From positions 57,833 through 121,832 of the forward strand of contig CACMRC010000003.1 of assembly GCA_902615975.1 (NCBI GenBank): a DNA stretch of 64,000 nucleotides. Direction: 5' to 3'. The translations under genes were made by a program, and so were the position numbers. Shown piece after piece: positions 48,964 through 58,895 of this stretch. The notes below the pieces were generated by a model, which worked only from the letters and a program-made list of their open reading frames with translations, was not told the origin of the DNA and did no database searches. The DNA comes from an uncultured Pelagibacteraceae bacterium. GTDB lineage: Bacteria > Pseudomonadota > Alphaproteobacteria > Pelagibacterales > Pelagibacteraceae. Numbering within the stretch: the first letter of the stretch is position 1; every line of letters starts with the position of its first letter.

Positions 48964-49581
48964 TTATCTAGAATAATATTCAATCACCAGATTAGGCTCC
49001 ATAACAATTGGATATGGAACTTCTTCAAACTTTGGAACTCTAACAAACTTTAATTTTTTGTTTTTTTCATCCATCTGAATATATTCTGGAGTTTCTCTTT
49101 CTTTATTTGCAAGAGCAATATCGATTATTGCAAGTTGCTTTGATTTATCTCTTATTTCGATTGAATCTTCTTCTCTTACTAAATAGCTTCCAATATTCAC
49201 TTTTTTACCATTTACTTTTACATGGCCATGGTTGATTAATTGTCTAGCTGAAAAAATTGTTGTTGCAAATTTTGCCCTGTAAATCACAGCATCTAATCTT
49301 CTTTCAAGAAGACCAATTAAATTTTCTCCAGTATCACCTTTAAGCATTACTGCTTTTTTGTAAATATTTCTAAATTGTCTCTCGTTAATGTTGCCATAAT
49401 ATGCTTTTAATTTTTGTTTAGCTTGAAGCTGTATTCCATAATCAGATGGCTTTGACGTTTTTGTTTGACCATGTTGTCCTGGTCCATAAGCTCTAGTATT
49501 AAAAGGACTTTTAGGTCTTCCCCAAAGGTTAACTTTTAATCTTCTGTCTACTTTATGTTTAGAGTTTAATCTTTTTGTCAT
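48964..49581 (-). CDS. rpsD: 30S ribosomal protein S4
   Basis: '[16 protein letters not shown]', the S4 domain '[34 protein letters not shown]'. 205 aa. Confidence 0.96.
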   Translation of the reverse strand: MTKRLNSKHKVDRRLKVNLWGRPKSPFNTRAYGPGQHGQTKTSKPSDYGIQLQAKQKLKAYYGNINERQFRNIYKKAVMLKGDTGENLIGLLERRLDAVIYRAKFATTIFSARQLINHGHVKVNGKKVNIGSYLVREEDSIEIRDKSKQLAIIDIALANKERETPEYIQMDEKNKKLKFVRVPKFEEVPYPIVMEPNLVIEYYSR

Positions 49582-49621
49582 TTGATAGTGGGCTTTATAA
49601 ACTTACTCATCATTTTGTCAA

Positions 49622-50335
49622 TCAACGTTTTTTACCTAAACTTGCAAATACCCCTGATAAAATACGTGTTTCTTTGGTTGATAATTCCATCCTATAAAAA
49701 ATATTCCTCAAGTTTTCAAGCATTATCGGTTTCTTTTCTTTTGACTTAAAAAAACTTATCTCTTCAAGATTCTTTATACAAAGGTTAGCCATAGCAACTA
49801 TCTCCTTTTTAGATGCTGATTTAACTTTATTTGATTTATTAAAAGAAGATGCTTTTGAATTAATTATGCTTGATAGATATTGAGCAATTATTATTAAGCT
49901 GTGAGATAAATTTAACGATTTAAAATCAGGATTAGTCGAAATTTGAAGAGTATAATTGGCATAGCTTATTTCATTATTTGATAGACCAGATGCTTCTGAG
50001 CCAAATAAAAAAGCTATTTTCTTTTTATAATTTATTTTTTTTAAATCTTCTAATTGGATATGTTTAATATTTTTATTTCTAAATCGTGCTGATGTTGCAA
50101 TTACAATGTCAATATTTTTTAATGGTTTTTCTATATTTTCAAAATTTTTCGCCTTATTAATTATATTTTTTGCTCCTACTGAAGTTGCTAAAATTTTATC
50201 ATTCGGAAATATTGGTTTAGGATCAATAACAATAAGTTTATTAAAATTAAAATTTTTCATTCCTCTTGCACATGCTCCTATATTTTCTGAGAGTTGAGGT
50301 TTGTGTAAAATGAAAGAAATATTATTAATAGACAT
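49622..50335 (-). CDS. SpoU/TrmH-family RNA methyltransferase (TrmJ/LasT-like)
   Basis: 'ILHKPQLSENIGACARGMKNFNF' and 'LFGSEASGLSN'. 237 aa. Confidence 0.8.
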   Translation of the reverse strand: MSINNISFILHKPQLSENIGACARGMKNFNFNKLIVIDPKPIFPNDKILATSVGAKNIINKAKNFENIEKPLKNIDIVIATSARFRNKNIKHIQLEDLKKINYKKKIAFLFGSEASGLSNNEISYANYTLQISTNPDFKSLNLSHSLIIIAQYLSSIINSKASSFNKSNKVKSASKKEIVAMANLCIKNLEEISFFKSKEKKPIMLENLRNIFYRMELSTKETRILSGVFASLGKKR

Positions 50336-51198
50336 TAATCTATGCCATGATTTCTGTTATAATTGGAAATAGCTGATGATTTAATATCATTTAAATATTT
50401 TGGATCTACTGTCCAAATAGAAACTTTTAATGGATAACATTTTGCAACATCAGATGAGTGTTCAGATCCACAATCACCTCCTGGACAAGCAGAAAGAGCA
50501 CCCAATAAATCTATTTCAGCAAAAAATTCTAAATAATCACCAGGTCTTGCTGGGCTTGCTTTCATGAAATATTGTTTAGTATCATTAGTAAATCCAGTTA
50601 ACATAAAAACATTTAATACATCATGAACTATTTTTTCTGCGTGATCTAATTGAACATTCTTTTCTTTAACCAAAGCTCTTGTTAAGTTTGAATGACAGCA
50701 GTAATGATAATCGTTATTGCTCAAAAGTTTTGATGTATACGGATCACATCTAGTACCAATTACGTCATGAACTGATCCTCCATCTTTATCATAATCATAC
50801 CAATCTAAAGTATCCCAAGTTATTGTTGCTAAAGACCTAAGATAGGGAAAACTACTAAACATTTTATCTCCAACAGAAAGATGAGTTCCATAGAGTGCTC
50901 TTGTTTTTCCTGAGTAGAATTTTTCTTCTAAATTATTTAAATTAAATAAATTTAAATCACCTACTTGAGGTCCCTCTACACTTTCTATTCTAAAAAACTC
51001 ACCAAATTTAACTTCAAACGTTTTTGCATCTCTTGGAGGTATTATAATTTCCTCTTTTTTAACCAAGTGTTTTCGAGCGGAATGTAAAATACTCAAATTT
51101 TTTTCTTCAATATTGGTATTTGGATAACAAACTATTGGTTCGGCTCCTATTCTATCTTTTAAGTCAGGTGGTTTTTCTGAAAATTTTTTAATTTTCAT
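50335..51198 (-). CDS. DUF1989-family protein (so-called urea-carboxylase-associated family)
   Basis: 'IIPPRDAKTFEVKFGEFFRIESVEGPQVGDLNLFN' and the Cys/His cluster 'YHYCCHSNL' fit my recollection of DUF1989. 287 aa. Confidence 0.65.
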   Translation of the reverse strand: MKIKKFSEKPPDLKDRIGAEPIVCYPNTNIEEKNLSILHSARKHLVKKEEIIIPPRDAKTFEVKFGEFFRIESVEGPQVGDLNLFNLNNLEEKFYSGKTRALYGTHLSVGDKMFSSFPYLRSLATITWDTLDWYDYDKDGGSVHDVIGTRCDPYTSKLLSNNDYHYCCHSNLTRALVKEKNVQLDHAEKIVHDVLNVFMLTGFTNDTKQYFMKASPARPGDYLEFFAEIDLLGALSACPGGDCGSEHSSDVAKCYPLKVSIWTVDPKYLNDIKSSAISNYNRNHGID

Positions 51199-51200
51199 TC

Positions 51201-52802
51201 TTACGAACTTCCAGGAGCTTTATCCTTAAATAACTTATAATCTAAACTATCAACAAGAGCTTTAAAAGATGCATCAATGATATTTGGTGATACTCCAATA
51301 GTAAACCAATTAACACCCTTCGAATCTGTACTTTCAATACTAACCCTTGTTACAGCTTCTGTACCAGTATTTAAAATTCTAACTTTATAATCAACCAATC
51401 TTAAATCTTTTAAATATTCTGAATATTTAGCGAGCTTGTTAACATTCTTTCTAATTGCATTATCTAGAGCATTAACAGGTCCGTTTCCTTGTCCTTCGCA
51501 CAAAATTTTGTCTCCATCTACTTCTAATTGAGCTTTTGCATATGAAACTATTTCTCCTGCATTATCTTTTTTTACCGAAACATCATATTCATTAATAGAA
51601 ATATATCTTGGTATCTCCCCCATTAATCTTCGAGCTAACAACTCAAAAGATGCGTCAGCACCATCATAACTGTAACCAATAAATTCTCGATCTTTTACTT
51701 CATCTAAAAGTTTTTTAATCTTTGGATCACTTTTCTCAACTTTAATTCCTATTAAATTCAATCTTGACATTATATTTGATTGACCTGATTGGTCTGAAAC
51801 TATAATATTTCTAGAATTTCCAACTTCTTCAGGATTAATATGTTCATAAGTTTTTGGATCTTTTTGAACTGCTGAAACATGCATTCCACCCTTGTGAGAA
51901 AAAGCAGAAGCGCCGACATAAGGTAAATGTTTGTTTGGTTTCCTATTTAATATTTCATCTAATAATCTTGAGCATTGAGTTAAGTTTTTTAAATTTTCTT
52001 TTTTAATACTTATTTCAAACTTATCTGAAAAATCCTTCTTTAAAAAAAATGAGGGAATTAATGACATTAAATTAGCATTTCCACATCTTTCACCCAAACC
52101 ATTAATTGTTCCCTGGACTTGTCTAACACCCGCTTGAACTGCTGCAAGACTATTAGCTACTGCATTTTCAGTATCATTATGAGCATGTATTCCTAAATTT
52201 TTTCCAGGAATGTGCTTACTTACTTCAGATACAATTTCTGTTACTTCGTGTGGAAGTGTACCGCCATTTGTATCACATAATACAATCCATCTAGCACCAT
52301 TATCAAAAGAAGCTTTTAAACATGACATTGCATATTCTGGATTAGCTTTGTATCCATCAAAAAAATGTTCAGCATCAAACATGAACTCTTTTCCAGATTT
52401 AACAATATGTTTTGTGCTTTCACTTATATTCATTAAATTCTGCTCGTTACTTATTCCTAATGCAACATCCACTTGAAAATCCCATGATTTTCCAAATAAG
52501 CAAACAGAAGTACTTTTTGAATTAATTAATGATGAGAGCATAGGGTCATTTTCCGCGCTATGCTCAGATTTTTTAGTCATTCCAAATGCAGTTAATTTCG
52601 TTCTTTTAAAATTGTGATCCTTATTGAAAAACTCAGTATCAGTTGGATTTGCACCTGGCCAACCTCCTTCAACATAATCCACACCCAATTTATCTAATGC
52701 TGATGAGATTTTTTCCTTATCATCAATTGAAAAATCTACACCTTGGGTTTGAGCTCCATCACGCAGTGTTGTATCAAATATATAAAGTTGTTCCTTGCTC
52801 AT
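51201..52802 (-). CDS. cimA: (R)-citramalate synthase (LeuA/CimA family, long form)
   Basis: 'IFDTTLRDGAQTQGVDFSIDDKEKI..GVDYVEGGWPGANPTD' and 'HAHNDTENAVANSL'. 533 aa with a C-terminal LeuA-dimer-like regulatory domain. Confidence 0.75.
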   Translation of the reverse strand: MSKEQLYIFDTTLRDGAQTQGVDFSIDDKEKISSALDKLGVDYVEGGWPGANPTDTEFFNKDHNFKRTKLTAFGMTKKSEHSAENDPMLSSLINSKSTSVCLFGKSWDFQVDVALGISNEQNLMNISESTKHIVKSGKEFMFDAEHFFDGYKANPEYAMSCLKASFDNGARWIVLCDTNGGTLPHEVTEIVSEVSKHIPGKNLGIHAHNDTENAVANSLAAVQAGVRQVQGTINGLGERCGNANLMSLIPSFFLKKDFSDKFEISIKKENLKNLTQCSRLLDEILNRKPNKHLPYVGASAFSHKGGMHVSAVQKDPKTYEHINPEEVGNSRNIIVSDQSGQSNIMSRLNLIGIKVEKSDPKIKKLLDEVKDREFIGYSYDGADASFELLARRLMGEIPRYISINEYDVSVKKDNAGEIVSYAKAQLEVDGDKILCEGQGNGPVNALDNAIRKNVNKLAKYSEYLKDLRLVDYKVRILNTGTEAVTRVSIESTDSKGVNWFTIGVSPNIIDASFKALVDSLDYKLFKDKAPGSS

Positions 52803-54154
52803 TTAAATTTCCAAGTCGTTTTACCATCTTTATCTTCTATTAAAACACCTTTATATAAAAGCTCTTTTCTAATTTTATCAGCTTCTTCGTAATTTTTGTT
52901 CTCTCTAGCCTTATTTCTTTCTTGAATTTTTTGTAAAATTTGTTTTTCAGAAATTAAAGCTTTGTTAATTTTAAATTTAAGCCAATTTTCTTTACTTTCA
53001 TTTAATAGTCCTACAAATTGACAAGCAGAAACAAATAAAGATTTATCTTCATTGTTACCTTTTTGAGCTTTACCATATAATTGATGTAAATTAGCAATAT
53101 ATCCAGGAGTGTTTAAATCATCGTAAAGTGGCTGAAGAATTTCATCAGAAACTTTTGAATTATTTTCAATATCTAAATATGAATTGTACCATTTATTTAT
53201 CGTGTTTTGACAATCGTCCAGAAGTTTATCATTCCAATCTAATGGTTGTTTATAATGTGCACTTAGTAAAGCTAATCTTAAAACTTGACCGCTAATCTTA
53301 TTTCTAAAATCTTTTATTTTTAAAATATTTCCCTGAGACTTAGCCATCTTTTCATTAGACATAGTGATGAATGCATTATGCATCCAAAATTTTGCAAATA
53401 TTTTTGTATCATTAGCGCATCTTGATTGAGCTATTTCATTTTCATGATGAGGAAATAACAAATCTATACCACCTCCATGAACATCAAACTCATCTCCTAA
53501 AAATTTCTTTGACATTGCTGAGCACTCAAGATGCCATCCTGGTCTTCCTTTTCCCCAGGGAGATTCCCATGAAGGTTCGTCATCTTCTGAAGGTTTCCAT
53601 AAAACAAAATCTTCTGAATTTTTTTTATTTTCACTGACTTCTACTCTTGATCCAGCAATAAGTTCCTCTAATTTTTTATTTGATAGTTGACCATAATCCT
53701 TGAATTTTTTAACCTCAAAATAAACATGCTTATTATTTTCATAAGCAAATCCTTTGTTTATTAATTCAGAAATCATTTCAATCATCAAATCTATATTTTC
53801 TGTTGCTTTAGGTTGATGTGTTGGTTCTTCACAATTTAGGTAATAACAATCTTCACTAAAACTTTTTGTTACCTTGCTTGTTAATTCTGAAATTGAAATT
53901 TTATTTTCTTTTGAAGATTTAATAATTTTATCATCTACATCTGTAATATTTCTCACATAAGTAACTTTAGGATAATTTTTTTTAAAAATTTTAAATAGAA
54001 TATCAAATACAACTATTGGTCTTGCATTTCCAATATGGGGATCATCATAAACAGTTGGACCACACACATACATTCTAATATTGCTTTTATCTATTGGAAC
54101 AAACTTTTCTTTTTTATTTGTTAGATTATTTGTTAAAAAAATATCTTTACTCAT
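52799..54154 (-). CDS. cysS: cysteine--tRNA ligase
   Basis: 'CGPTVYDDPHIGNARP' (HIGH), 'PGWHLECS' and 'KMAKSQGN' (KMSKS). 451 aa. Confidence 0.96.
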   Translation of the reverse strand: MSKDIFLTNNLTNKKEKFVPIDKSNIRMYVCGPTVYDDPHIGNARPIVVFDILFKIFKKNYPKVTYVRNITDVDDKIIKSSKENKISISELTSKVTKSFSEDCYYLNCEEPTHQPKATENIDLMIEMISELINKGFAYENNKHVYFEVKKFKDYGQLSNKKLEELIAGSRVEVSENKKNSEDFVLWKPSEDDEPSWESPWGKGRPGWHLECSAMSKKFLGDEFDVHGGGIDLLFPHHENEIAQSRCANDTKIFAKFWMHNAFITMSNEKMAKSQGNILKIKDFRNKISGQVLRLALLSAHYKQPLDWNDKLLDDCQNTINKWYNSYLDIENNSKVSDEILQPLYDDLNTPGYIANLHQLYGKAQKGNNEDKSLFVSACQFVGLLNESKENWLKFKINKALISEKQILQKIQERNKARENKNYEEADKIRKELLYKGVLIEDKDGKTTWKFK

Positions 54155-54199
54155 TATTTTAGGAATATACTTAAAAAATAGATTTGTGAATCTATTTGA

Positions 54200-54937
54200 T
54201 TAATTTGGAATTTTGCACACTGGAATTGGCTCCATTTTGTGCAAATTTTGTTTTCTAATTGTTTCGTATTTAGCTCGATTAGCTGAATTAGGATTTTTCA
54301 TAGCTTCTTCTAATTCATCATATTTTAGTCCAAGTTGACCTTCATCAGTTCTTCCATCGTCCCATAAACCATCTGTAGGGGCCGCATCAATAATTTCTTT
54401 TAAAATTCCAAGCTCTTTTCCAAGCTCCCAAACTTCAGTTTTATTACAATCTGCTATTGGCGATATATCTACCCCACCATCTCCGTATTTTGTGTAAAAC
54501 CCAACACCAAAATCTTCAACTTTATTTCCGGTTCCAACTACTATTCCTTTATTCGCTGCAGCAACTTGATATAGAGTTGTCATTCTCAATCTAGCTCTAG
54601 AGTTCGCCATCCCATGTTCGTTATCAAAATTTGATAAACTAGAACTAAAAGCCAAAAATAACTCATCTAAATTGATAGTATGTGCCTCAACATTTTTAAA
54701 ATTATTAACTAACCACTCTTGATGCTTTAAACTTAAATCATGTTGATGTGATTTCTGTTTGATTGGCATTGACAAAACAATAGTTTTTAAACCTGTCATT
54801 GCGCTTAATGTGCTGGAAACCGACGAATCTATTCCTCCAGAAATTCCTATAACTAATGAATCTGCCTTACTTGGCATATTATTTACATAGTCTTTAATCC
54901 AATTAGAAATAAAATTTACTTTTTCTGAAGCATTCAT
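54200..54937 (-). CDS. nadE: NH3-dependent NAD(+) synthetase
   Basis: PP-loop 'GISGGIDSSV'. 245 aa. Confidence 0.9.
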   Translation of the reverse strand: MNASEKVNFISNWIKDYVNNMPSKADSLVIGISGGIDSSVSSTLSAMTGLKTIVLSMPIKQKSHQHDLSLKHQEWLVNNFKNVEAHTINLDELFLAFSSSLSNFDNEHGMANSRARLRMTTLYQVAAANKGIVVGTGNKVEDFGVGFYTKYGDGGVDISPIADCNKTEVWELGKELGILKEIIDAAPTDGLWDDGRTDEGQLGLKYDELEEAMKNPNSANRAKYETIRKQNLHKMEPIPVCKIPN

Positions 54938-54975
54938 GATTTTAAAGTATTAAATATTTAAAATTTTACAATGTC

Positions 54976-56361
54976 TTAAGATGCCGCTCTATCTGCATTT
55001 TTAGAATAAGAGCTATTCTTTTTTATCTCATCTGAAATCAAGAAAGCTAATTCTAAAGCTTGGTTTGCATTTAGTCTTGGGTCACAATGAGTGTGATATC
55101 TTGATGATAAATCTTTTTCTGATATCTTTTGTGCTCCACCAATACATTCTGTTACATTTTGACCTGTCAATTCTATATGAAGACCACCTGCGTAACTTCC
55201 TTCGCTTTGGTGACATGCAAAGACATTTTTAACCTCTTTTAATACACTGTTAAATGGTCTTGTTTTAAATCCTGTCGCAGCTTTTACTGTATTTCCATGA
55301 CAAGGATCACATGACCAAATTACATTTAAACCTTCTTTTTTTATTGCCCTAATTAATTTTGGTAAAAATTTTGAAACATTATCTGCACCAAATCTTGATA
55401 TTAGTGTGATTTTACCTTTTTCATTCTTAGGGTTTATTTTGTTGCAAAGATCGACCAAGTCATCAGCTTTTAATGTTGGTCCACATTTAATTCCTATTGG
55501 ATTTTCTATACCTCTACAAAATTCAACATGACCACCATCTAATTGTCTTGTTCTGTCTCCAATCCAAACAAAGTGAGCGGATGTGTCATGATTTTCTCCA
55601 GTAGTAGAATCCACTCTGGTCATAGTCTCTTCAAATGGAAGTAATAAAGCTTCATGAGAAGTCCAAAAATTAACTGTTTTTAATCTTCTATTAAATTCTG
55701 AGGTAATTCCACATGCATCCATAAATGATAATGCATTAGCAATATTATCTTCTAATTCTTTAAATCTTTTTAATTCAGGTGAGTTTTTGATGAAGCCTAA
55801 ATTCCAATTATGAACATTTTTAAGATCAGCAAAACCTCCATGACAGAATGCTCTTATCAAGTTTAAAGTTGCAGCTGACTGTGAGTAAGCCTTGAATAAT
55901 CTTTTAGGATCTGGAACTCTAGCCTTTTCAGTAAATTCCATAGCATTTATGTTGTCACCTAAATAACTTGGAAGCTCTACTCCATCTTTTATTTCTGTTG
56001 GTGCACTTCTTGGTTTTGAAAATTGACCAGCTATTCTTCCAACTTTTACTACAGGTAATGAAGCTGAGTAAGTTAAAACTAGTGACATTTGTAATATTAG
56101 TTTAAATGTATCTCTTATATTATCTGGATTAAATTCTGCAAAACTCTCGGCACAATCTCCACCTTGAAGTAAAAAAGCTTTTCCGTCTACGACATCTGAT
56201 AACTGACTTTTAAGATGTCTCGTTTCTCCAGCAAATACTAATGGAGGAAATGTCCCTATCTTATCCAAAACTTTATCCAATTCTTTTTTATCTGGATATT
56301 CTGGAATGTGTTTTACAGGATATTTTCTCCAACTATTTTTTTTCCAACTTTTCATATTCAA
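54976..56361 (-). CDS. class II (plant-like) 3-deoxy-7-phosphoheptulonate (DAHP) synthase
   Basis: 461 aa. 'FLLQGGDCAESF', 'VKVGRIAGQFSKPRS' and 'WSCDPCHGNT'. Confidence 0.9.
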   Translation of the reverse strand: MNMKSWKKNSWRKYPVKHIPEYPDKKELDKVLDKIGTFPPLVFAGETRHLKSQLSDVVDGKAFLLQGGDCAESFAEFNPDNIRDTFKLILQMSLVLTYSASLPVVKVGRIAGQFSKPRSAPTEIKDGVELPSYLGDNINAMEFTEKARVPDPKRLFKAYSQSAATLNLIRAFCHGGFADLKNVHNWNLGFIKNSPELKRFKELEDNIANALSFMDACGITSEFNRRLKTVNFWTSHEALLLPFEETMTRVDSTTGENHDTSAHFVWIGDRTRQLDGGHVEFCRGIENPIGIKCGPTLKADDLVDLCNKINPKNEKGKITLISRFGADNVSKFLPKLIRAIKKEGLNVIWSCDPCHGNTVKAATGFKTRPFNSVLKEVKNVFACHQSEGSYAGGLHIELTGQNVTECIGGAQKISEKDLSSRYHTHCDPRLNANQALELAFLISDEIKKNSSYSKNADRAAS

Positions 56362-56390
56362 CCTAGGGGTGTTTTAACAGAGTTTAAAGT

Positions 56391-58211
56391 TTATTCAACA
56401 GTGACAGATTTAGCCAAATTTCTAGGCTTATCAATGTCATAACCTTTTTTAAGAGCAGAGTAATATGCAAGTTTTTGAAGTGGAATAGTCAAAAGGAATG
56501 GAAGTAAGTCATCATTTGTGTTCTCAACCTCAATAGTCTGCCAAATATTTTCTGAGACAACTTCATCTTTACTTTTATTAGTTATTAATAAAACCTTTGC
56601 TCCTCTAGCAATAACTTCCTGCATATTTGAAATCGTTTTTTTGTAATAATTATCTCTAGGGGCCAAAACTACTACTGGCATTCCCTCCTCAATTAAAGCT
56701 AATGGCCCATGTTTCATTTCTCCTGCTGGATATCCTTCAGCATGAATGTATGAAAGTTCTTTTAGTTTTAATGCACCTTCTAAAGCTATCGGATATGAAT
56801 AACCTCTTCCTAAAAACATTGAACCTTTAGCTTCATTAAATGTTGAGGATATTGCCTGAATATCATGATCATGTAATAAAGTTTTTTCTATTAATCCCGG
56901 TAGATCTTTTAAATCTCTAATCTTTTCTTGATACTCTTTTTTTTCAATTTCATTTCTCATTGATCCAAGTTTTAAGGACAAAATATATAAAACAAGTATT
57001 TGACCTAGAAATGCTTTTGTTGATGCAACTCCTATTTCAGGACCACAATGAATTGGTAAAACAAAATTAGAGTCTCTAGCAATTGAGCTTTCAATTACAT
57101 TAACAACCGCACATGTCTTCATATTATTTTTATTACAAAGATCTAAGGCTGCATAAGTATCTGCTGTTTCACCTGATTGTGAAACAAAGACATATAAAGT
57201 ATCTTTTTTGAACCTATTTTTTCTGTATCTAAATTCTGATGCTATATCTATGTTAACATCCAAGTTTGTAAGTTCCTCAAACCAATATTTAGCCATTAAA
57301 CAAGAATGGTATGCAGTTCCGCATCCAATTAAAGATATTGAATTAATCTCCTCTATTTTCCATGGAAAATTAAAAATATTTATCTCTTTATTTACATTAT
57401 CCACATATTCTTTTATTCCGGTTTTAATTGTTGTTGGTTGTTCTTCAATTTCTTTTGCCATAAAATGTTTAAAATCACCTTTGTCATAACTTGCTTCATC
57501 TATTGATAATTCTAATATTTTTTTATTAACTTTTTTTCCTTCCTCATTAAAAAAAAGAACTTGATCCTTTTTTACAACACAAAATTCACCATCATCAAGA
57601 TACGTAATCTTATTCGTCATAGATTTCAAAGCATAAGAGTCTGATCCTAAATAGTTTTCATTTGGACCATAGCCAACAGCTAATGGTGATCCTCTTCTAG
57701 CACCAACTATTAAGTCTGGTATATCTTTAAAAACTATTCCAAGAGCAAAGCTACCATGCAGTTGTTTTAATGTTTTAGTAATAGCTTCTTCTAATTCTGA
57801 AGTCTTTAAATGTTCCGTTATTAAATGAACAATTACTTCTGTATCAGTCTGTGATTTAAAATTGTGACCTTTGTTAATTAAATGTTTTTTTAATATTGTA
57901 GAGTTTTCAATAATTCCATTATGAACTACTGAAACGTTATGAGAGGAATGAGGATGTGCATTTAAACTATTTGGAATTCCATGAGTAGCCCATCTTACAT
58001 GTCCTATACCAATATTTCCTTTTAAGTTTTTTAAATCAAAATTATTTTCTAAATTATCAACTCTTCCCTCTGATTTTACTTCATTAATTTCACCATCTGA
58101 AAGTGTAGCTATACCAGCTGAGTCATATCCTCTGTATTCTAATTTTTTTAATGAATTAATTATATTTACAGAAACAGGTTTGTTGCTAGATATTCCAATA
58201 ATTCCACACAT
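56391..58211 (-). CDS. glmS: glutamine--fructose-6-phosphate aminotransferase
   Basis: N-terminal nucleophile 'MCGIIGI', two SIS domains ('VSQSGETADT') and the terminal 'LAKSVTVE'. Confidence 0.97.
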   Translation of the reverse strand: MCGIIGISSNKPVSVNIINSLKKLEYRGYDSAGIATLSDGEINEVKSEGRVDNLENNFDLKNLKGNIGIGHVRWATHGIPNSLNAHPHSSHNVSVVHNGIIENSTILKKHLINKGHNFKSQTDTEVIVHLITEHLKTSELEEAITKTLKQLHGSFALGIVFKDIPDLIVGARRGSPLAVGYGPNENYLGSDSYALKSMTNKITYLDDGEFCVVKKDQVLFFNEEGKKVNKKILELSIDEASYDKGDFKHFMAKEIEEQPTTIKTGIKEYVDNVNKEINIFNFPWKIEEINSISLIGCGTAYHSCLMAKYWFEELTNLDVNIDIASEFRYRKNRFKKDTLYVFVSQSGETADTYAALDLCNKNNMKTCAVVNVIESSIARDSNFVLPIHCGPEIGVASTKAFLGQILVLYILSLKLGSMRNEIEKKEYQEKIRDLKDLPGLIEKTLLHDHDIQAISSTFNEAKGSMFLGRGYSYPIALEGALKLKELSYIHAEGYPAGEMKHGPLALIEEGMPVVVLAPRDNYYKKTISNMQEVIARGAKVLLITNKSKDEVVSENIWQTIEVENTNDDLLPFLLTIPLQKLAYYSALKKGYDIDKPRNLAKSVTVE

Positions 58212-58214
58212 AAA

Positions 58215-58826
58215 TTATTTTTTCTTTCTTTTATAATTCTTAACTTCTAATTGTGGCGATCTTGTTAATGCTAAAGATTTTGTTCTAACATTCTTTGTAA
58301 TTACCGAACCAGCTCCAACAATACTATCTTTATTTATAGTAACTGGAGCAACTAAAGAAGAATTTGAACCTATAAATACTTTATCTTTGATTTTTGTCTT
58401 ATTCTTATTTACTCCATCATAATTACAAGTAATTGTACCTGCTCCAATATTTACTAATTTTCCTATTTGAGCATCTCCTACATAAGATAAATGATTAACT
58501 TTAGATTTATTTCCTAAAGTACTTTTTTTAATCTCTACAAAATTACCTACTTTGGATCCCTCTTTTAAAATTGTATTGGGTCTTATTCTGGCATATGGAC
58601 CAATCTCAACTTTATTTTCAATTTTACAAGACTCTAAATGTGAAAAAGATTTTATTATTACATTGTTCCCAATTTTAACATTAGAGCCAATTACAACATA
58701 AGGTTCTATTGTTACTTTCTTCCCAATCTTTGTATCTTTTGAAAAAAAAATAGTTTCAGGACCAATCATTTTAACTCCAGATTTTATAAATTTCTCTCTA
58801 AGTTTTTTTTGAGTTGAGTCTTTCAT
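58215..58826 (-). CDS. stand-alone GlmU C-terminal domain (left-handed beta-helix GlcN-1-P N-acetyltransferase); no uridyltransferase domain
   Basis: 203 aa that align by eye to the C-terminal ~220 residues of E. coli GlmU: 'GPYARIRPNT', 'VGNFVEIKKS', 'HLSYVGDAQIG', 'NIGAGTITCNYDG', 'FIGSNSSLVAPV'. Only 69 bp of non-coding DNA lies upstream before the divergent gph. Confidence 0.8.
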   Translation of the reverse strand: MKDSTQKKLREKFIKSGVKMIGPETIFFSKDTKIGKKVTIEPYVVIGSNVKIGNNVIIKSFSHLESCKIENKVEIGPYARIRPNTILKEGSKVGNFVEIKKSTLGNKSKVNHLSYVGDAQIGKLVNIGAGTITCNYDGVNKNKTKIKDKVFIGSNSSLVAPVTINKDSIVGAGSVITKNVRTKSLALTRSPQLEVKNYKRKKK

Positions 58827-58895
58827 TTTGATGTTATTTATATTAAGTATATTGTTTGATTAATTCACAATTTATTTCTTTAAAATACTTTAATA

